DNA of 60,923 nt, counting the filler, from an uncultured Clostridia bacterium (GTDB lineage Bacteria > CAYTYR01 > UBA6262), in the NCBI GenBank assembly GCA_964441745.1. It is 3 parts of 3 records of this genome, joined end to end, with 100 filler letters (N's around TTAATTAATTAA, not from the genome) between each part and the next. Parts side by side here need not be neighbours in the genome. Positions count along the whole stretch, not along the records: positions 52,523 to 60,923 come from CAYTYR010000036.1; 2 more parts are not named here. The stretch is one strand, 5' to 3'. The position numbers and the translations under genes are program-made. The first letter of the stretch is position 1, and each line of letters starts with the position of its first letter. Below are positions 55,785-60,923 of the stretch, piece by piece. The notes beneath the pieces are model-generated. The model saw only the letters and a program-made list of their open reading frames with translations. It was not told the DNA's origin and did not search any database.

Positions 55785-56471
55785 TTATCTGCCTCCAAAT
55801 ATCGCCGTCCCTATCCGCACAAGTGTGGCACCTTCAGCAATCGCAATTTCAAAGTCATGGGACATGCCCATGGAAAGATGTTTCATTTCAATATTCGGTA
55901 GATTATACCCGGCGATCGTATCCTTTAACTCACGTAATCCCCTAAACACCGCCTGGATCCTGTTTTTATCAGCAGTGAACGGGGCCATGGTCATCAGTCC
56001 TTCAACATGCACATTACTTTTTGTACTGGCTGATTTTAATATCTCCAGAGCCTCTTCAGGCGAACAGCCATATTTACTTTCCTCTCCTGAAATATTGACT
56101 TCCAGGAGAATTCGCTGTTTTTTGCCAATCTGTCCAGCTTCCCGGTCTATCGCTTCTATTAACTTCACTGAATCAACTGAATGGATAAATTCAAACAGTT
56201 GGACAGCTGCTTTTACTTTATTAGACTGTAAGTGCCCAATCAAGTGCCAGTGAACAGCTTGGTGAAGATAGGCACTTTTAGCTATGGCTTCCTGTACCTT
56301 ATTTTCGCCAATATCAGTTACCCCGTCGGCTAATGCTTCTTGCACTAGTTCCGGAGCAACAGTTTTGGTCACTGCAATCAGGGTAATTTCCGCAGCATTA
56401 CGGCCAGTTGCTGCCGCCTGCCGGGAAATTATTGAACATACTTGCTGTAGATTATCATAAATAGCGCTCAT
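55785..56471 (-). CDS. yggS: PLP homeostasis protein (YggS/PLPBP)
   Basis: LIAVTK, GENKVQE, WHLIGHLQSNK, LSMGMS.D and VRIGTAIFG motifs. Confidence 0.96.
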   Translation of the reverse strand: MSAIYDNLQQVCSIISRQAAATGRNAAEITLIAVTKTVAPELVQEALADGVTDIGENKVQEAIAKSAYLHQAVHWHLIGHLQSNKVKAAVQLFEFIHSVDSVKLIEAIDREAGQIGKKQRILLEVNISGEESKYGCSPEEALEILKSASTKSNVHVEGLMTMAPFTADKNRIQAVFRGLRELKDTIAGYNLPNIEMKHLSMGMSHDFEIAIAEGATLVRIGTAIFGGR

Positions 56472-56499
56472 ATTAAAGTTTAATTATAGCAAAAAATAG

Positions 56500-57213
56500 C
56501 TATTTTAGCAATAGAAAAGATAGCATCCGGCCGGCTTTTTTCCCTTGCCGGCGATAAGAGAAGCATTGCCTGGAAGAATAAGTACAAATTGGGGTTATTT
56601 CTATAGCGGATAAGGGCACACCGGATTGCTGTAGTTGTTCCTTTACTAATTTGGCCAGATCAGCCTGGGTGTTATTTGTGGCGGGTAGCCCCAGTTTCCG
56701 GGAAGTTATGGCATTTATTTCATAGTGTCTGGCAGATATATGAGGACCGATACCGGCTGCAATATCCACCGGACGGGATTGATATAGTTTTTGCATCCGC
56801 TTGATTGTCGCCGGTACTATGCCTTTAGCAATGCCGCGCCAGCCGGCATGGGCCAGCCCGATAACCTGCTGACGGCGGTCAAAGAGGAAAACCGGCAGAC
56901 AATCGGCAGTAAGGATACCGATCAACAAACCTCGTTTTGCGGTTATTAAGGCATCAAATCCAGAAAAATGCGCTAATCCTGTTTTAGGTTTCGTCTGTAC
57001 AGCTTTGATCCGGCAGCCATGAACCTGCTCCACGAGTACCAGCGGAGCTCTTTCACAGTGTAGCAGTTTTTTCAGGCTTTTTATATTCTCCCGGACCAGC
57101 CTCCGGTGATGGCCATGGAAATAATTAAAATCCCCCAGGGAAGCTGACGTAGTTCCCTGGAGGACATTATGGTTTTTCGAGAAACGGGGCAGAAGGAATA
57201 TCCCCTTCCTTAT
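56500..57213 (-). CDS. pgeF: purine nucleoside phosphorylase / peptidoglycan editing factor (YfiH/PgeF); start codon unresolved
   Basis: QVHG, DALIT, TADCLPV, HAGWRG, GPHI and FSYRR motifs. The frame stays open to 57213 with no ATG/GTG/TTG upstream of the GTG at 57033. Confidence 0.85.
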   Translation of the reverse strand: MRKGIFLLPRFSKNHNVLQGTTSASLGDFNYFHGHHRRLVRENIKSLKKLLHCERAPLVLVEQVHGCRIKAVQTKPKTGLAHFSGFDALITAKRGLLIGILTADCLPVFLFDRRQQVIGLAHAGWRGIAKGIVPATIKRMQKLYQSRPVDIAAGIGPHISARHYEINAITSRKLGLPATNNTQADLAKLVKEQLQQSGVPLSAIEITPICTYSSRQCFSYRRQGKKAGRMLSFLLLK

Positions 57214-58313
57214 TTATTATCGCCAATACTCATATCACTGCCTGAATATATACCCCTAATATTCAACATCAATTCCTCAGGATTAGAGGCTGCGGCTAAA
57301 GCTTCTTCCAGCGACACTTTGCCGCCTTTATATAAGGCGACCAGGGCTTGGTTAAATGATTGCATCCCGTAGTATCCGCCTTCATTGATAGCTTTACGCA
57401 AGTCTCCAATGTTGTTTTCTTCAATTAGTTTCCTAACATACGGAGTGGCAATCAATATTTCCACCGCCGGGATCAAGCCCGGCTGATCGATCCTGGGCAG
57501 CAACCGCTGGGAAATCACACCCTGTAAAGTATTAGCCATTTGCAAACGGACCTGGGTTTGCTGGTAAGGCGGGAACATATCTATAATACGGGAAACGGTC
57601 TGGACAGCATCAACTGTGTGCAATGTGCTCATCACCAAATGTCCCAGCTGGGCCGCGGTCATAGCTGAGGCCATTGTTTCCAAGTCACGCATTTCACCGA
57701 TCAGGACCACATTAGGATCTTGTCTCATCACATGACGCAGGGCCGTGACAAAATTACGGGTATCCAGTCCCACTTCTCTCTGGCTCAAGATACTTAATTT
57801 ATCTTTATGCAAGAACTCAATCGGATCTTCGATCGTGATGATATGCGCTTTCCGGGTGGTATTAATATGATCCACCATGGCAGCCAGAGTAGTTGATTTG
57901 CCGCTGCCGGTAGTCCCGGTGACCAGGACCAAACCTCTCTGTTTTTCCGCCAGAGTAGCAATGACCGGAGGCAAATTTAACTCTTCATATCCCAGGATCT
58001 GGATCGGCACCATCCTGAGGGCAATACTGACTGAACCGCGCTGATAAAATATGTTTAGCCTGAACCGGGCCAAGCCACTGACACTATAGGCCATATCAAT
58101 CTCATGATCATGCTTGAAAGTCTGCTGTTGCTCTTCATTCATGATCCCCATAGCCAGTCTTTCAATATCCTCTCTGGTCAAGGCATCATATTCACTAGGT
58201 GTTAATTCTTCATTAATCCGCAAAATCGGATGTAAACCAGTCCTTAAATGCAGGTCACTAGCCTTTCTCTCCACCATATATCTGAGCAGATCATCAAGTT
58301 TTTCAACCTTCAC
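57210..58313 (-). CDS. pilT: PilT/PilU-family type IV pilus ATPase
   Basis: ASDLHL, GTTGSGKSTT, TIEDPIE, GEMRD and GHLVMSTLHT motifs. The AIRNLIRE motif is replaced by YVRKLIEE. Confidence 0.9.
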   Translation of the reverse strand: MKVEKLDDLLRYMVERKASDLHLRTGLHPILRINEELTPSEYDALTREDIERLAMGIMNEEQQQTFKHDHEIDMAYSVSGLARFRLNIFYQRGSVSIALRMVPIQILGYEELNLPPVIATLAEKQRGLVLVTGTTGSGKSTTLAAMVDHINTTRKAHIITIEDPIEFLHKDKLSILSQREVGLDTRNFVTALRHVMRQDPNVVLIGEMRDLETMASAMTAAQLGHLVMSTLHTVDAVQTVSRIIDMFPPYQQTQVRLQMANTLQGVISQRLLPRIDQPGLIPAVEILIATPYVRKLIEENNIGDLRKAINEGGYYGMQSFNQALVALYKGGKVSLEEALAAASNPEELMLNIRGIYSGSDMSIGDNK

Positions 58314-59463
58314 TTTCAGATTCCTCCTTTAGACCTTTTTGTTTGCGGATAAATGCAGGCACATTAATATCAACCTTGCTATATACTTTTTCCCTGGGAT
58401 CAGGTACTGAAGGTTCATCGTCTTCTTCCACCGGTAATGGCAAGATCCGTTGTTTTTCCTGGCCAAAACCCTGCGTATATTGGTGACGCGCTGTTTCTTT
58501 GTGCGCGGAAAATCCGGTGGCAATAACCGTGACTTTCAGTTCTTCCTGCAATTTGTCATCAAAGACAGCCCCGAAAATAACATTGGCATCCGAAGAAATA
58601 TAATTATGCATGACGGTCATGATCTGCTCGGTTTCATACATAGTCAGGTTCAAGCCGCCGGTGATATTAACTAATACTTTATTCGCGCCATTGATGCTGA
58701 CATCTTCCAGCAACGGCGAGGTAACCGCCTTTTCCGCGGCAATGCGGGCCCGGTTCTGGCCGCTGGCTATGCCTGCGCCCATCAAGGCATTGCCCGAACT
58801 TTGCATGATCGTCCGCACATCGGCAAAATCTACATTAACTACTCCATGCTGGGTAATAATATCGCTGATGCTTTGCACTGCGCGCTGCAAAACCTCATCA
58901 ACTTTTTTAAAGGTATCCAGCAGGGAGGTATTCTTATCGATCACGGAAAACAATTTCTGGTTGGGGATCACCAGCAGCGTGTCCACCTTGCTCCTGAGTT
59001 CATTAAGCCCTTCCTCGGCCTGTTTAGCCCTGACCTTACCTTCAAACATGAATGGCTTGGTAACTACCGCCACGGTTAAAGCGCCAATACTTTTGGCGAT
59101 ATCCGCAACAACCGGCGCTCCGCCCGTGCCTGTCCCGCCGCCTAATCCGGCAGTAACAAACACCATATCCGCCCCGCGCAAGGTCTCCTTGATCAAGGCT
59201 TTAGATTCTTCTGCCGCTTTCTTGCCAATAGCTGGATCGCCGCCCACTCCCAAACCACGGGTGGTCTTTTCTCCCAATTGCAGCCGCTGTGTGGCCAGGG
59301 AATATTTCAACGCCTGCGCATCGGTATTGGCGGCAATAAAATCAACGCCTTTAATATTGGCCATGACCATCCGGTTGACCGCGTTCCCGCCGCCACCGCC
59401 GACGCCAATCACTTTAATATTAGCCGATTGAGCAAATGTTTCCCGAAACTTCAATGAAGACAC
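58303..59463 (-). CDS. ftsZ: cell division protein FtsZ
   Basis: GVGGGGGNAV, GGGTGTG and NVDFADV motifs; C-terminal VPAFIRK. Confidence 0.98.
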   Translation of the reverse strand: MSSLKFRETFAQSANIKVIGVGGGGGNAVNRMVMANIKGVDFIAANTDAQALKYSLATQRLQLGEKTTRGLGVGGDPAIGKKAAEESKALIKETLRGADMVFVTAGLGGGTGTGGAPVVADIAKSIGALTVAVVTKPFMFEGKVRAKQAEEGLNELRSKVDTLLVIPNQKLFSVIDKNTSLLDTFKKVDEVLQRAVQSISDIITQHGVVNVDFADVRTIMQSSGNALMGAGIASGQNRARIAAEKAVTSPLLEDVSINGANKVLVNITGGLNLTMYETEQIMTVMHNYISSDANVIFGAVFDDKLQEELKVTVIATGFSAHKETARHQYTQGFGQEKQRILPLPVEEDDEPSVPDPREKVYSKVDINVPAFIRKQKGLKEESESEG

Positions 59464-59484
59464 TTAGGCATACTCCTTTCAAGA

Positions 59485-59576
59485 GCCGAATAAAGACCGA
59501 ATTAAAAACGCGAATGTCTCGAATAAGTACCATAAAGAATTTGTTTTTATTCGTGTAATTCGCGGTCATTCGTGTT
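59485..59576. repeat. inverted ~9-10-nt period repeat element (CGAAT/ATTCG)
   Basis: gccgaataaagaccgaattaaaaacgcgaatgtctcgaat paired with attcgtgtaattcgcggtcattcgtg. Confidence 0.6.
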
Positions 59577-60811
59577 TAGAATATATCTTCCAGCCAATGT
59601 TTCCAGCGTTCCAAAGGTTCAAACAACTTGGTTTTCCCTTTTTTATAATACCTGCCACTAGACATGGACTCCTGCAGTGACAATTGCACTAGTCCCATAC
59701 TTAAGGCCAATCCGGAATTCTGAGATTGAGCGGACATACCCAGCATATCCTGCGGCGTCCCGACCCTGGTCGGCATGCCAAAAACCTGTTCAGCAAATTG
59801 CTCCAGTCCCCGGAGCTGGGAAGCTCCGCCGGTAATGATCAACCCACTGGGAATAAGATCCGCTAAATTACTTTTCTGGATCTCCCGGTTAATGATATTC
59901 AGGATCTCTTCCATTCTCGGTTCAATTATCTCCACTAACGCCTCGACCGGTACTTTACGGGCTTCTCTCCGGCCAATCCCGGCGACGGATATCTCCCCGG
60001 CATTGGTAATCAATTCTCTCTTGGCCCAGCCATATTGCTTCTTGATTTCCTCAGCTTCCTTAAATGAAGTGCGCAGTCCAAAAGCTATGTCTTTAGAGAT
60101 CAGCTCGCCCCCCACCGGTAAACTGCCCAGGTACCGGATATTCCCTTCAATAAACACGGCAATATCGGTTTTACCCCCGCCGATATCTACCAGCGCCACA
60201 CCCAGTTCTTTCTCATCTTTCAGCAGTACGCTGGAGCTGACGGCCAGGCTGCCTACAACCAGGTCTTTTATTCTTAATCCAGCCTTATTTACCACCTTAA
60301 CCATATTTTGTATCGCGGCTACGCCACCGGAAATTATCAGCACTTCAGTTTCCAGCCTGATGCCAGACATGCCTATCGGATCAATAATGCCATCCTGGTC
60401 ATCAATAATGTATCTCTGAGGCAGAACATCAATTATTTCCTGCTCCAAAGGCACCGGGATCGCCCGGGCCTGGTCAATTACTCTTTCGACATCTTTTGGT
60501 GTTATTTCCTTATCGGTGCGCGAAATAGCGATCACCCCGCGGCTATGCTGGCTTTTAATATGGCTTCCGCCCACACCCAGGGATACTTCGCTAATATCCA
60601 ATCCGGATATTTTTTCAGCCTCTTCGATGGCCTTGCTGACTGCTTTGGTCGCTCTTTCCAGATCAGTGATCATGCCTTGCTTAACTCCCTCACTGACAGC
60701 CTGGCCGACCCCGATTATCTGAATCTGGTCATTATCATTCAATTGCCCAATGCAGGCGGATATTTTACTTGTGCCCACATCTAAACCTACTACAAAATTA
60801 TTCTTGCCCAA
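59576..60811 (-). CDS. ftsA: cell division protein FtsA
   Basis: GLDVGTSKI, VDIGGGKTD, AEEIK and ITGGAS motifs; amphipathic C-terminal WLEDIF. Confidence 0.97.
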   Translation of the reverse strand: MGKNNFVVGLDVGTSKISACIGQLNDNDQIQIIGVGQAVSEGVKQGMITDLERATKAVSKAIEEAEKISGLDISEVSLGVGGSHIKSQHSRGVIAISRTDKEITPKDVERVIDQARAIPVPLEQEIIDVLPQRYIIDDQDGIIDPIGMSGIRLETEVLIISGGVAAIQNMVKVVNKAGLRIKDLVVGSLAVSSSVLLKDEKELGVALVDIGGGKTDIAVFIEGNIRYLGSLPVGGELISKDIAFGLRTSFKEAEEIKKQYGWAKRELITNAGEISVAGIGRREARKVPVEALVEIIEPRMEEILNIINREIQKSNLADLIPSGLIITGGASQLRGLEQFAEQVFGMPTRVGTPQDMLGMSAQSQNSGLALSMGLVQLSLQESMSSGRYYKKGKTKLFEPLERWKHWLEDIF

Positions 60812-60830
60812 CTCTTACCTCCATCAACAT

Positions 60831-60923
60831 CAAATTCGAAGCACTAATATCTAAATCCTAAACAAATCCAAAATTCAAATATCCAAGCTTCCAGTTTAGT
60901 ATTTCGATATTAGGATTTCGGAT
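60831..60923. repeat. family A heptamer element (runs to the window edge)
   Basis: caaattcgaagcactaatatctaaatcctaaac paired with gtttagtatttcgatattaggatttcggat. Confidence 0.75.

Noticed and set aside
58610..60784. Long + strand ORFs (273 aa, 214 aa, 158 aa) and similar antisense ORFs across the window
   Set aside because: They are shadows of well-supported minus-strand genes (ftsZ, ftsA etc.) with no recognisable motifs.

Overview
Bacterial chromosome DNA from a diderm organism, probably an uncultured or metagenome-assembled one (six-domain S1, TamAB, an Omp85-peptidase, an omptin; standard genetic code). The window joins three contigs with artificial 100-nt N linkers containing TTAATTAATTAA (26234-26333 and 52423-52522), so adjacency across the linkers is unproven. 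Almost every gene is on the minus strand, pointing toward a dif-like XerC/XerD site at 253-280. Contig 1 has a housekeeping run (cca-like, site-2 protease, trpS, scpAB, pheA, hisC, aroF, tyrA, aroA, cmk, plsC, ispH, rpsA, peptidase-PD40-Omp85). Upstream of it is an accessory islet with an HTH/Doc toxin-antitoxin (TA) pair, an outer-membrane barrel, AbiEi/AbiEii and a 5'-truncated MATE gene. Contig 2 has a partial secreted surface protein with a structured leader, NYN and radical SAM genes, tamAB, ppdK, glyQS, recO, a Mg-transport cluster, dgkA-ybeY-HD-phoH and a low-GC islet. Contig 3 has an ISL3 end, mtnA, omptin, proC, yggS, pgeF, a PilT-family ATPase, ftsZ and ftsA. The most striking unexplained pattern is that many intergenic spacers hold short-period (7-9 nt) tandem repeats from several unrelated sequence families. 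They occur as inverted arm pairs, stacked single arms, or arrays fused into gene 3' ends. No CRISPR array, rRNA, tRNA or reverse transcriptase was seen.
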